A stretch of DNA of 49,962 nt from Girardia tigrina (GCA_001938485.1 MQRK01192616.1:6524-56485), one strand, 5' to 3'. Positions 24,537-38,217 are shown, numbered from the stretch's first letter. The notes: a model not told the origin generated them from the letters alone. A program made the numbers and translations.

Positions 24537-26255
24537 TAGGGTGGCTCATAGCTGTATTGAAATTTTTGAAAGCCAAAAAGTTGTGCCTCGAAATCCCTAA
24601 TCCTGTTCCAATCAATCAATTAAGGAACTATGCAAAATTTCAGCTCAGACGGACAGCTTCTAGGCGATCCTCAAACGCCTTTAAGTTGGAACACAGTATG
24701 CATATTACATAATGATCACTTTCGATCATGTTCTTATTTACTACACCAATAAACTATAACACAAAATCATTTTTATGTACAAGAATAACGTCAATAGAAT
24801 CAATGTGAACCAATGAAGCTTGAACACTACTGTTTCATAAGACCTAATTTAGTAACAAATTGTCTCTTAGTTTCATCTTTGGTGAAAATGATATTGTAAT
24901 CTTGAATGAGTTTCAGTCCTCTTTCCGCAACATCATTTACAACAACTATTTTCTTCAATTTTTCAATTCAACTTTTGTAACCAGGATAATCATTTCATTT
25001 TGATGGGTCTCTAGAGAGAAAATCCGTGTTGAAGAACGTATTCGTTTCTTTACCACTTTAAAGAAAAAATATTGTTAATTATTAATAACTTTGCTCCGCT
25101 GTTATACAGGCAATCTGTTTCTATATAATTAAGAGGAAAGTATATATGTATAAATAACTCCAAGATTGTTTTGTGATAATAATCGAAGCATAAATTTGGA
25201 GTATGACTTTCATATTAAAAGCAAACAACACTATTTTTATTTCTCTATACATCGGAACTTTGAATTTCAATATCATCTTTGTATAGCAGGAGTTAAATGA
25301 GAGGGGAATTCGATCTTTAGAAAGAAAGAAACGGTTTTTTCGGTAAGAATATATCACTTGACTTGATCTTTTTTTTCTTCGCTTCCTCATCTTTGTCGAG
25401 CAAAACTTGACCCATATTCGCTTTAACTGTTGGTGGAACATTGTCGTCAAATAAGGTGAGATCAGCAGTTTCGGGAACCAAGTACCAGAGGTGGTTGGAA
25501 AATTTCTTTTACAGCAGCCTTACTGATTTGTGAATCAATGTTTCGATAATTAATCAGTTGGCGCATGAATAGGAAATCATGATATGGTGCTGTAATTGCT
25601 TATGATGACAGAAACCCGACATGAACGCAAACTCGAGCAATGAACATATATATTCTGCTTAAAGACTTCTTTTCGGTATGAAATAACTGACATTGATTTT
25701 GAAACAGGTATATCTTGAATGCATAAATTACCTTTGTAATCCATCTGGCATGGTTTACAGCTCCTGATATACTAAAAGATATTCTGTTTCCTTTGTTTTA
25801 AGCTTTACATTGTAAATGAAAACGTGTAAAACTTGCCGGTTCAAAGGCAATTCGGCCCCGACAATTAGACTTGAAATGTAGCCAAGAGAGAGACATGAAA
25901 ATCTTTTCTTAACTTCTGTGACGAACATGATGCTAGTGAATAAATCTAAAAAGAAGACAACATAAAAGTTGCTTGACACGAGCAGGACAAACAGTTTCGA
26001 AACAGAAAATGAAAGAACATTCATTAAGACAACAGAATATTCAGTTATTAAAAAATTGAGGAAGCATGGGGTATAGGGTGGCCATTATTTTAATATTTTT
26101 CGTCTGAAAATTTTGAAACTTCTTGGACAATGAGGGTCGAGTTACAGTTGTCCGATTGAGCTAAAGTTTTGCATAGATCATTAATTTTATAATTTGAACA
26201 AGAAATGGGATTAGGAGCTAAACAATTCGAAAATTTCAAAATAAGGGCCAGTCTA
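24537..26255 (-). mobile_element. hAT-superfamily (hATm-like) deleted transposon
   Basis: Termini TAGGGTGGC / GCCAGTCTA. Minus-strand peptides GAVNHARWITKVIYAFKIYLF, HLWYLVPETA and VVNDVAERGLKLIQDY. Confidence 0.75.
25041..25278 (+). repeat. Direct duplicate of 26357-26724, inserted inside the hAT element
   Basis: Nearly identical text. The outer copy has 128 extra bp between two TTTAA motifs (26373-26377 and 26501-26505). Confidence 0.9.
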
Positions 26256-28059
26256 ATATACAGAAATTCAGCATATTACCTGATATGGAAAATTTGTAAT
26301 GCATAAATAAAAATTATTTTAATAATATTAATAAAAACTAATTTAAATTTTAAACATTCGTTTCTTTACCACTTTAATTAAGACCTTATTAATATTACAA
26401 ATTATTGTACAAAACTTAACATTTAAACAAAATTACTTAAACTTGAAAATTTCAAAAAGACTACCTAAAAATTCCTTAAAACTAAATACATTATTATTCA
26501 TTTAAAGAAAAAATATTGTTAATTATTAATAACTTTGCTCCGCTTGTTATACGGTCAATCTGTTTCTATATAATTAAGAGGAAAGTATATATGTATAAAT
26601 AACTCCAAGATTGTCGTTGTGATAATAATCGAAGCATAAATTTTGAGTACGACTTTTATATTAAAAGCAAATAACACCAATTTTATTTCTCTATACATCG
26701 GAACTTTGAATTTCAATATCATCTGCAACATTTTGTCTTTATTTTGTATATTATGTGACTGCCTGCTTATATAAAAAATAGATTTAAAGAAAACTTATTT
26801 AATATCTCATTAAAAGAAACGTAAGTAATCAGAATGATTTTTAAGATAAACTTTGAAAGTAAAAGCAAATACTCAGGCGATATGTTTCTGTTCACTGTTT
26901 GTTCACAATGAAAATAGTCGACTCAGTTAATAAATATTTATTTTAATTCATTTCAGTAGAACATTTATACTGTTCAGTCTTCGAATTTTGTGGTTTCACA
27001 AAGACGTATAAGTGGAGCGTGAGACTTGCGTTTAACCACTTATAAGAATTGAAGTGAATTTTCTGTTAGAATGTTATAAACTTGCCTTCTACTTGAGATT
27101 AGCATCGGAAACAGTTTTTTAAAGAAACACCTTTTAACTCTTTGTGTAACGATCTTTTCTTTTCCTGATACTTATTTCATTCGTAGTTAAATATTCTTAA
27201 TAAAAAGTTTGTAACAATCTCTCCGTTTATAGCAACATATAATCGTTCATAAATGATGATGAATTGATTCAGAAAATAAGTTGTCAATCATATTCTTATG
27301 TAAAGAACTTTTAGTGGAAGATATTTTAAATCCAAATACAATAAAATATAATTATTATATCTTAATGTATCTTCGTGTTTTATTATGTATTACGAACAAG
27401 TTGTTATAAATCGTTGCTAATATTTTGAATCTCTAAAGAATTATTTGAAGATATCTAACTTAGATATTACTAAAGATTCTTTCGTAGAACAAATAAAAAA
27501 ACATGGAATTTTCATAAAAATTTTCATAAAATCTTTGTGTTTTATTTGTCCTAAAAGTTATTTATAATTATATTTTTGAGGACCTTTTGATGAATACATT
27601 TATTAATGTTTTTAATAAAAAATATTACTTATTTACTTTAATCGTTTTTAATTAATATTTTTAAGGGTTAAAGTTTTTTCTTATCTAAGCTTTAATTTAA
27701 ATCTAAAATTTGTTTAAGGTTGGTACATAATTTGGTTGTATTTTTTACTATTTTAAAATTTATAATATAATTTTGACTAATCCTTTTAATAAAAGAATTT
27801 CTTTATTATAAATGGGAGGTTTTAGTTATATCAATACCGTATTCATTGACAAAGATTTGTTAATGAGACAACTAAAAGTATATTTATTATAAACGAAATT
27901 CAATCAAATTTTCTGATTCTTTTCCTAATTTAGGAATCATTTCATTCGCTAATTTTCATATATTCTTCTTTTTAATATCAAACATTTCTTATAATATATT
28001 TTCTATTTAATTAATCCCGTAAAGACATTCCAAATATAAAACAATAATCAAATAAATAA

Positions 28060-28550
28060 TTATCGTAGAGTTGTAAAACGTTTGGCCTTGAAGATGATCA
28101 TGCTAGAAGAAATAAAATGAATGCAAAATATTTTCATTAACTCCGAAACGGTCTTACCAGAATTCAATGTGTAAGAACAAGAATGGATTTAATGAAAGAG
28201 ATCAAGTAATTAGAAATAATTGGCCGACAACTACTTATTCAGGATATTCTAACAACAAAATCAAAGATATCCAGTAGCGAAAATTAATGATTTTTTTATG
28301 ATTTCCGGTAATAGAAAGTGTAGAAAGTGTATTTCAAAAATTAAATAATCAGGCTTGAGAATTAGTCCGAAAAAATGTCATTTTTAAGTAAAAAAATGAC
28401 AAGGTTTTTTCAATATGTAGTCAGTAATTATGGAATAGAAACACATTGATTATAATAGGAAGTTTCAAAACCAATCGTGTATTAAACTGTTAAGAGATTT
28501 CTTGAGTTTGATGAATTATAACCAGAAATTCATAAAATAATATTCTATGT
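28060..28550 (+). mobile_element. Highly degraded LTR-retrotransposon RT relic
   Basis: SGLRISPKKCHFL and NYNQKFIK resemble the Gypsy RT C-terminal part. Confidence 0.45.
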
Positions 28551-28551
28551 A

Positions 28552-28802
28552 TTGGGTTGGCCAAAAAGTCATTGTGTTTTTTACTAAAATATTTATTATC
28601 AAAAAATGACATGGATGCAAAAATATTTTTACACGATATACTGTCCATTATTTTCAATCACTTTCTTCAACCTTTCCGGTAGCTTCATTATTCCTGATTC
28701 ATAAAAACCTTTGCCTTTGTCAGCAAAAAAGCCATCTAGGAACGATTTGATGTCATCATCACTGGTGAATGTTTTTCTGTTTAAGGAATTCTGCATTGAT
28801 CT
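28552..28802 (-). mobile_element. Mariner 3' end fragment
   Basis: TIR-like TTGGGTTGGCCAAAAAGT and peptide RSMQNSLNRKTF...FYESGIMKLPERLKKVIENNGQYIV*. Confidence 0.85.
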
Positions 28803-29804
28803 AATTAGCTTGCAATCTGCAAGAATTTATTTTTTAGAAATCAAAAATAAAGAAAATTATGTGATTAAAAATCAATACTAAATATGACAAAAATATGAAA
28901 AGGAATAATGTAATAATTTATTTTTAAGAAAATATTTGGGAACATTAAAAAAATGTGGACAATTATATTGAAAATTGTTTTAAAATACTTCAATATATTT
29001 TATATATATAGAAAAATGTCTGTTTATATGTTTGCTGTGTTTGGAGACGGTACAAGCAAATGCTCGTTGAATTCTCAACCTACATGTTTTTGTGTTAAGA
29101 TATTTCTTTTGAGTCTATTAGTAGAGGTATAAGAAGTCATTCCTTTCTTTGCTTTAAACAGATCGATTAGATATAATTTAAGTAGATGAATAAAGTTTTT
29201 CATATATTTCAAAATAAAGCCTAATAATAATTTTCACTGATGCCAATGTTTATGTTACCCTCGTATCAAATATCTGGTTCATTGATGTTATTATAACAGT
29301 TTTTATGCTAAAAATTAGTATGAAAGTTATCGTATTAATGTCAATTTTTGACCTTATAATAATATTGTATGATTTTAATAATTTCAATTGCATAACTATT
29401 TTGTTGTGGTTATATTTATTAAATTTAGTAACGAAATAAGAGAAATTTCTGTATAATTTTTTACCATAAACTCGCCATATTGTTGTATGTTAGGATGGAA
29501 TTTGGTTATCGATTTTAAAGTGTCTTCCCATTTAGATATAGCTTTGAAATTTCGAACACAATTCAGAACAACATTTTAATACAATATTTGAGCATATAGA
29601 AACAGTTAAACCGAGTTTTTAGGTCAATTTCGATTAATGTTGATTTTTATTTACAAAGTGTTTTTACAAACCAATGAAACTAATTTTATTTGTAAGTAGA
29701 TAATTCTTTGTAATATATTTTATATTATTTAATTATAATTTAGAGGTTTCTTTACATTTAGTATTTTCGAAAAATTTTATTATGGAAAAAAATAATTTTA
29801 TAAA

Positions 29805-30235
29805 TATGAGGAATATTTTGAATGTTTGATTTTTTGTGTTTCAATGTGTATGTTGATTTGGAAATGTGTCTCTTCTACCCAGATGGTTGATTAATATTTG
29901 AATTCTTATTATCTAAAAATATGTAATGTTTAAATTTATTTTTAATTTCAAATAATTTTAAATAAGTTAATTAATTGTTACAATTTTTAATAAATAAATC
30001 AAATTAATATTTTTTAAATAATTCATTATCATTTTAATTATTATCCAATAAGTTTTGAGTAAATATTTTAATAAAATATTTATTTCTCCATTTGCTAAAA
30101 AATAATAAGAATTAATTCATTAATCAATTTAGTTTAGAATGCAATCGTACGAAAGCTTTGACAAAGATTGTCTTAAGGACAATCAAAATTGTTGTTTAAA
30201 TAAAAATATGCAAACTCAAATTGGTGTTCTTAATA
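29805..30235 (+). mobile_element. Solo LTR (family copy B, 431 bp)
   Basis: TATGAGGAATA...TTAATA, TSD ATAAA. Inverted copy of 2745-3178. Confidence 0.85.
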
Positions 30236-32012
30236 ATAAATTTTACTGATTATATTGAAATATACTTTTAAAAAAGTGAAAATAAAAATTGAAAAAGTAG
30301 TTAAAAGAAAGCAGTTCTAGTTTAGGTTTAGAGGAAGAAATAAGGATAAAAAAGAAAAATCATTAGTAAGAAAAAAAATATATTTTCAATTTGGCAAATT
30401 AGTGACAGTTATTAACAATAATATCTTTCAAATTCCAATTAATAGACAGAAACACATAATCGAATGCAAAATTTCACCATGCAAAAAAGACAGTAAAAAT
30501 AAAGTAATCAGTAAACGATAACAACGTGGTAATATAAAAAGCTCTTTTTTACATGTAGATATTTAATAAATTTATTTAAATTCCATAAAGGTAGACTCAT
30601 CTCAAATGAACTTATGAATAATTTTCAAAAAAGATTTATTTATAAAACAATAAATTACTGAAATTATAAAACACTTTTGGAAATCAGTTTCTAATTTACT
30701 AATAATTTTAAATCATGTTACTTAACATTTCTAATAGTTTTAACAGACTAATCTAATATATTTTTCATTCTTGATCTGTAAACATATTTAACATTAAGTA
30801 CTAGATATAAATTGTATTCCTATGGAGCTTAAAACCTTACCACACTTCCATTCATCCTCCTTGATTTTTTACACGTGGATTATATCCACAAATAGAAGTT
30901 CTTGATGGATGATAAGGCGAGTATGTTAAGCTTATCAAAGTACTAAATAGGTGCAACGTACTTAAGGGCAATATTGTTTTCATTAAAAATTAGCCTATTA
31001 TAGTACATATTGAACGTACTGTTTGATATTTTTACTTATTTTGTGATAAAAACTTTTATTAATTTTGTGCTATTAAATTAGGGTACATCTTATACGCGTT
31101 AAAGTATGATAGAATATAATTTTGAGAATTATGTACTGAATGTATAAAAATTCTGATTTCGGTTAAAATATAAATTTCACAAGGGTCTAGTTTGACTTGA
31201 TTTAATAAGTAGATAAATACACAATATTCATTGAATTTGAGAGGCACGATTTCCCCTTTTCATTATACGAAAAATTATGTTTTATAATTGAAGACCAAAT
31301 ATAAATAAACTGAATAGATCACTGAGACATAAATAAATATAAACCTCTGACATTTTAAACAATATTGATACTACTCAATTGACCGAAATATTTATACGTA
31401 CAAATATATTTAATATAAACATAATTCTAAGTCCACACAAATCTTTACATGATATTATCTTTTTCTTTAAATTCATTGACTCATTTTTATATCATTTTTG
31501 TTTAATCTTTCGAAATTATTCTTTTGAAACTGTGGTCCGTTTGAATATCACTTAGTTTTCAATTATTAAATCAACATTTCTTGACATTTATTTGTGTAGA
31601 TTGTATTGTATCTCCAATTATTATTTGAAATTTTACATAAATTATTATTTGTTAAAATAATTTTTCATACTTATTCTGTGCATTAATTAAAAAATATGAA
31701 ACCCAGAAACAATACTTGTGTTTAATAAAACTTGTCAGTATATACAAGTCGAATCACTGTCGTTTTTTTCCAATATTTTAAAGAAATGTAAACATTGTTT
31801 CAATTTTAAACAGAAAAGCTGATAAAAAATATATATAAATTCTCAATTTAATAACTTTTTTCTCAATGAAGTTTAAATTCTTATTCTTACTGTTCCTTAA
31901 AAAAGAGATTAATCATTATGTTTCATATTTTGAAATCTTAATATTGTATACAATTAATTCAATTCCATGAATACATCGTTTAATATTATCATAATTGTTA
32001 TATTATTTCCAG

Positions 32013-32111
32013 AATGGATGGACCTGTTTACACTGGGCAGCTCAGAGATGTCATGCTGAAATAATAAAGTTATTAATAATTTCTGGTGCTCACACTGAAG
32101 CAAGAACTAAT
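32013..32111 (+). CDS. Ankyrin-repeat protein, penultimate exon
   Basis: ttccAG|99 nt|GTaata, phase 0. Translates to NGWTCLHWAAQRCHAEIIKLLIISGAHTEARTN. Confidence 0.9.
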
Positions 32112-32154
32112 GTAATAATTTCAGTCTGAGACATTTATTTAATATGGTTTTAAG

Positions 32155-32373
32155 AGAGGAGAAACTGCACAAGACGTCACAAATGATATGAATATAAGAA
32201 GTTTAATCAATCCCAACAATCTCGGTAGATTCCCGGTCATTGTTAGTAATGGTTATGTTACAACTGATGATGAAATGGATGAAGAAGATGAAGATCATAT
32301 CAATTTAAGCATTACTCAATCACCATTAAATGACGGTTCTAACAAAAGGAATTCGAAAATCACTGAAATTTAA
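32155..32373 (+). CDS. Ankyrin-repeat protein, last coding exon with acidic tail
   Basis: Follows a 43-nt GT-AG intron. RGETAQDVTND continues in frame into ORF 32188-32373 (DDEMDEEDED) and ends at TAA. Confidence 0.85.
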   Translation, partial: RGETAQDVTNDMNIRSLINPNNLGRFPVIVSNGYVTTDDEMDEEDEDHINLSITQSPLNDGSNKRNSKITEI

Positions 32374-32592
32374 TCAGATTTAATCTTTACAGAAAAATCA
32401 TATATTTGTTGACAACTTATATATGATTATATTTAAACATTTTAAACTAATTATTTGGTTTACTTTTGACAAGGGTTTCTTTGTATTTATATAAATTAAT
32501 ATAAATATATTTATTGTCTATAGAAAATGAGTATTTCATGCACACATAAAAATTAAGTCACTTTATTTAGTAAAAAAATGTCTCTAAAATGT

Positions 32593-32676
32593 TTAATGAT
32601 CGTTGTGATGTCCTTTTTGTTTTTCAATTACTTCTTTTATTTCATGAATTCGAGTTTTATGTCGTTCAATGGCTTC
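32593..32676 (-). CDS. ATP5IF1: Mitochondrial ATP synthase inhibitor IF1, exon 5
   Basis: tttcAG|EAIERHKTRIHEIKEVIEKQKGHHNDH*, the His-rich coiled-coil C-terminus. Phase 0 matches exon 4. Confidence 0.88.
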   Translation of the reverse strand, partial: EAIERHKTRIHEIKEVIEKQKGHHNDH

Positions 32677-33007
32677 CTGAAAAGATAAAATTACAAATAA
32701 ACAGCATGCAATCATTTATAAATATATAAATTATTATGCTAAAAAATAGGAATTAAATCTTAGAGATATAATTTATCAAAGTATGGGTGGTCAAAGAATG
32801 TTAAGTAAAATCTTTTTAGAACAAAATCTGACTGTGTTTATTTATGCCACATACGTATTTCATTCAAAAATACTTTGAACTATATATGAAGGAGAAATAC
32901 TAGTTCATTGATTTTGTTGCATTGGTGACACTATTCAGTAGTCAAAATTTAACGCAATAATTATATTTCATATACCGGATCTGTGTTTGTTTGTTTTTAA
33001 TTGTTGC

Positions 33008-33606
33008 TGTGAGGAATGTATTGAACTGTTTGTTGTTGTATAATTTGCATGTTGTATGTTGATTCGGATTGTGTCTCTCCTAATGGCTGATTGGTATTGT
33101 CTTTGATTCTTATTAATTGAAAATGATTTAATTTTAAAATATTTTTCAAATGTAATTTTTTAATTTTCAAATATAATATTTACTTTTTTTAATGTAATTT
33201 AAAATTTTAATTTAATTGGAAAAATGTATAGATCTACTTTTAACCAATAAGATTTTGATAATTAATTAATATTATAATAATTTTCCCAATTGTTTTCAAA
33301 AGAACTAAGATGACAAAAATATATTAATCAAGAAAATGTCGAATAGCGAAAGTAGTTTGAATAATTGTTGTAATGACAATTTCACTTCTGATATTAACCC
33401 TCTGTTAGTCGCTGGGGTCAAAGTGACCCCAAAAATTATATAAATAAATATTAATTTATCGATTAACTTAGAATCGATATTAATATTAGAATTAATATTT
33501 TGGGGGGTCAAATTGACCCTAGCGAGTAATGGTGTAACAAAGCAGAAATAAAGCAACTAATTAAGGGTTAATAAATGTTCGAAAAATCATATTGATGCTG
33601 TTAATA
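33008..33606 (+). mobile_element. Solo LTR (related copy C) interrupted by a MITE
   Basis: TGTGAGGAAT...TTAATA, TSD GTTGC. About 425 bp once the insertion is removed. Confidence 0.8.
33398..33567. mobile_element. piggyBac-like MITE nested in the solo LTR
   Basis: TTAA|CCCT...AGGG|TTAA, with two internal GGGTCA-n3-TGACCC palindromes. Confidence 0.8.
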
Positions 33607-33759
33607 GTTGCTGAATGAGAACAAGAAAATATTTTGTGATATGGCATACGCTTAGAAAGACAACAATCTTTCTGGATCAACAATAAACGAATGAATTTAA
33701 GAAAGGGTGGTAATCTGTGCATCAATTATTTTCAAATTTTGATTGGACAGTGGAAATTT

Positions 33760-34065
33760 GCGAGGACAAAAGTTCAAGATGTGATTAATTTAGACATACA
33801 AAATAGAAAAGAAACTAGCTAGTTCCGTTGCTTGTTGACAATGCTCCTGTGCATTCTATCCCTGGATCATTCGACTTACAGCCGCTTGCTCTTAAATTTT
33901 TATTTATTTAAACTTCAGAATAATTACGTGTGTTTGATGCATTTTAATGATGTCAACAATGTACAAAAGTTAGTTGATGACTGGTTTGCTAAGAGAGATC
34001 ACATTCTTCATGAAAGCATTTAATTAACTAGTACTACACTGGAGAGTTATTAGAGGGTGATGATA
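33760..34065 (+). mobile_element. Mariner C-terminal relic
   Basis: HFNDVNNVQKLVDDWFAKRD resembles the mariner transposase tail. Confidence 0.5.
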
Positions 34066-35235
34066 GAAATAGAAAAGTGATTGGTATTCATTCTTAGTTA
34101 CTGTTTATTGATTGGTAAATAGACTGACTTTAAAGGCTTTGCTATTTTTCTATAATGGGTAGTCAGATACGATGTTTTATCAACGACGTATTTGTTATCC
34201 TCATTTTTTAAAAAAAATACGTTGATTCGTGATTAAATCGTGCGTACCATAATATTTTTTTAAATGTAAATTAAATAACTAAAATATTATCAATAAAAGT
34301 AAGTCTGTAAAAAATCAATATACTTATTAGCATTTGAGATTCGTTTGTTTTAGGAAAATTACCAGTTTCCACAGTGTTCTTCAAAATATACTCTGCAATG
34401 TTCACATACAAATACATGCTCTAAAATTTCTTCATTAAATGATTCGTATCCAATCTTCAATTGCATTTTTCAGTATTTTGTTGTATTAAATTTTTAGAGT
34501 TTACTTATCTTTTTCAGTAAGGTTAAAGTTCAAAATCAACTGGAGTTAAGTTAAATGAATAATCTGACCAATGAAATTCAGATCATTCACTAATATACAT
34601 TTCACCAAAATTTTCCTTGAGGAATTACATTGTGCTTCTTACCGTATAATGCGGTAATTATATAAGTTAGTATTGGCATTACTGTAAAAAACTTAAAATT
34701 TAAATAAATGATTCTATAATCACCAAAGCGAAAATAATCTTCACAATCCCATCGGGTTTATTACAAGACCTCTTCGGCTAAAGACAACCAGAAATTTTGG
34801 CCCTAACGAGGGCCATATATCGTTCTCCAATTGTATTTTTATAACTCCATGGTCTATGTTGATAAACAATACAGCTAAATGAACCAGCGCTTCAGATACC
34901 ATTTTTTCGCTTGGCTTCCCTTTAACATAGATAAATACAGCAAGTAGAAACTAAAGATTCCCTCGGAAACTCATTGTCTTTGATCTTGTTCGACTTTTCT
35001 TCCGATTTTTTTCACACCTACTGACTATTTTAAGACCTACTAACACATTGCCATCTTCCGAATCTTCGTATCGAGCTTAAAATACGATAGACATATTTCA
35101 AACAATCAAAAACAAAAATTCAAATTTGCTCTCAAGAATTTATGTTTTAAAACAAAAGAATAACTGCCGAGTTGACGATAAATTTCATACTAACAATATC
35201 ATTTCAAACAATTTTTCCATACATATACATATATA

Positions 35236-37199
35236 TTAGGGTGAACCAAAAGTCTTTTCGTATTTTCTATTAAAAATTTAAACATAATTTTACAACAAAT
35301 AAAAAACATTTAAGTTTCCAAGTAAAGGCCATTTGAATCTATAGCTTGAACCCATCTATGGGCAAGTTGTGCGATCCCGCTGCGGTACCAATCCTTGTTC
35401 TTAGAAGCGAAGAACTGGTGAAACCCGTTTTCGACCTCGGCCAGATTATTGAAGCTGCGACCACGAAGAAAGTGTGCCATAGAGCGGAAAAGGTGATAGT
35501 CGGATGGCGCAAGATCCGGACTATACGCTGGGTGTGGAAGAAGTTCAAAGGCGTCGAGATTTTTAATTTTTCCATTGTTTGTTTGGCAGTGTGTGGTTTT
35601 GCATTGTCCTGTTGTAGAAAAACTCGCTTTCGATTGATCAAAGCGGGGTATTTCTCGCCAAGTGCCGCATACATTCGATCATGTTGGGCGCAGTAAAGGT
35701 CAGCGTCGATGGAACGACCATTTGGAACCAGCTCGAAGTGAATCACGCCTTCGAAATTCCACCAAACACACAAAAGTGATTTCCTTGAGAAACGATCTCG
35801 TTTCGCTACCGGTTTCGCCATTTGTCAGGGGTCCAACCATTGATTTTGTTGGTCTGGATTACTGACGTAAACCCACTTTTCATGGCAAGTTACAATTCGA
35901 CGGATGAAACGGTCATCGCGCGGATTTTCAAGCAATTTTTGACAAGTTTCGAAACGGCTTGAATTTGTGTCAATTCATGAGACACTTCTCGACATCGTCT
36001 ATTGACTTTGCCAAGAGCGTGAAGGTGTCGTACAATAAATGTTTGAGGAATATCGAGTTCGGCCGACAATCTGCGAGTACTTATTGACGGATTTGTCTCG
36101 ACGGCTTCACGAATTGCTCCAGAATCTACGGTGATAGGTAGGCCTGAACGTGCATTGTCTCCGAGGTCAATGTCGCCTTCGTTGAACCTTTTGGACCAAT
36201 TTTGTGCAGTACGATTTGAGACCACATTATCGCCTTCAACTTCGCATATCTTCTTTGTTGCTGCAGTTGCGTTTAAGCCATGTTTCCAGTAATGGCGTAA
36301 AGGAACACGAATTTCAAAATTTCCCATGATTTTTCTAAAAGACCATAAAAATTATATTAAAGACTAATTAGAAGTTTTAATATATATTGTGATAGAGCAG
36401 TTCAAGAGCTTTAAAAACATATAACACATGTATATTGTGAGAAGTGGTTGCAACTTCAATATCAGGATTCATTTTTTTAACACCAAAATTTATTACTATA
36501 ACAAAAATTCACACATTTAAACAAATTTTTCTGTTAATTTAATTTTCTCGCCACGAATTAATCCATTAAATTTTTTGATTCAATTTATAAAATTTTGCAA
36601 ATTTATTGAATAATCTTCACATTTTAACTAAAAATTGATTTCAAAATTTACTTAAAATTTTGCAAATTTATTAAATAACTTTCCCATTAAAACTAAAAAT
36701 TTATTTAAAATTGTTTCATAATTTCTATTAAAATATATAAATTGTTATGACTGTAAAAATATTTTTTATTTATAAAATAAATATTTAATATTTAATGGTT
36801 TTCTTAACATTTTTTAATTTTAAGATATTTAATAGACACATTAAAAAGATATGTTTTATTTTTAAATAGATATTGAATTTTTTCAGATTTTCTTTTATTA
36901 TATCATTTTTAATTTTTGTAATATTTTTAAAAAACACATTAAAAACATATTTTATTTCTAAGTACGTATTTGATTTTTTAATAGTTGTTTTATTATATCC
37001 TTTTTTAATTTTTTAAAATATTTAATACGCATATTGACATTAAAATATTTTACCTTTAAATTAAAAAAATAATAAATTATTCTGGCGAGATGGAAATTTA
37101 AATTAACCCCTCATATATATAAAATATCTTTATTTTGTAATAAGAAACAATTGAACAACAAGACGTAGAAAATACGAAAAGTCCTTTGGTTCACCCTAA
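35236..37199 (-). mobile_element. Full-length mariner with disrupted transposase (36327 to 35310) and a ~0.7 kb insertion upstream of the ATG
   Basis: TA TSDs and 34-bp TIRs (TTAGGGTGAACCAAAA...) with 2 mismatches. Motifs IVTCHEKWV (first catalytic Asp reads His), QDNAKPH and HPAYSPDLAPSDYHLF. Frameshifts and a stop are present. Confidence 0.95.
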
Positions 37200-38217
37200 T
37201 ACAAACAGAAACAATGATTCATTCATTTTTTTTCATTCGTAAATGAAATAATCCATTAAAATCATCAACTAATTGTTAAGAATTAAAACGGAAAAATCCA
37301 AGTTATCTAAATCAGTGCTTCTTAAATTTTCTAAATTTGAGAACCAGTAGTTAATGAAAGTGGGTCACATGATACAGGACATTAATTACTTCCTAAATTG
37401 GAAAATAAAGTCAATTATCTCTTATATCCATATACAAATGATTATTAACAAGTAGAGCTGTTTTGATTGAAAATTCATGATAGATGCGATTTTATTAAAT
37501 TTATAAATAGGATGATTAAGTAAATCTAAAAGGAACTTTCGAGAATCATAAAGTAATTGTACAGTGTAATTGTAAAACTAAATTTATTTGTTTTTTGCTG
37601 AAATAATATGTTATCTTTACTGATCTTCGAATTTTATTATCTTACTTTTTAAATTTTTATTACATTACATAATGAAGGAATTTATAATAATTTTTTTTTA
37701 ATTTGAATGCATGACATAATAAATTCAGAAGGATTTTGAAAATACAATTGTTTTCAATTGATAGCCAATATGAATAAAAATGCAAATAATAATATTACAC
37801 GGTTTCCCTAGAATATGAAAAGAAAATTCGTAATATACTAACTTATATCCAGAATGACCAAAAGTCAATAAACTCAAAATTGAAATTCAAAATTATTTTT
37901 AAAAATTATACACAAATCTGTTATTTTTGTAAGCGCAACCACATTGTGAAGGAAGTTATTAAGTCAAAATAAGGTCTAAATTTGACGTTCGGTCAAAATA
38001 TTGAAAAATGCTTATTGTTGATTATTTAGCGTAATAAATACACAATAAAAATTAAAAGAGCGAGAAATTTTTTTAATAAATTCTATTTCATTGAAATAAA
38101 ATTCTCGCTTTTTTAAATTTTATTGTATATTTATTTATAACCATATAAAAATTAAAATAAAATTGTTTAAATTTAATATTTTTTTGTTCTACATTTTGCT
38201 AATAGAACCTGTTTTAA

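Noticed and set aside
35346-35865. Plus-strand ORFs over the mariner, and similar ones over the Gypsy pol
   Set aside because: Antisense shadows of transposase or pol coding sequence.
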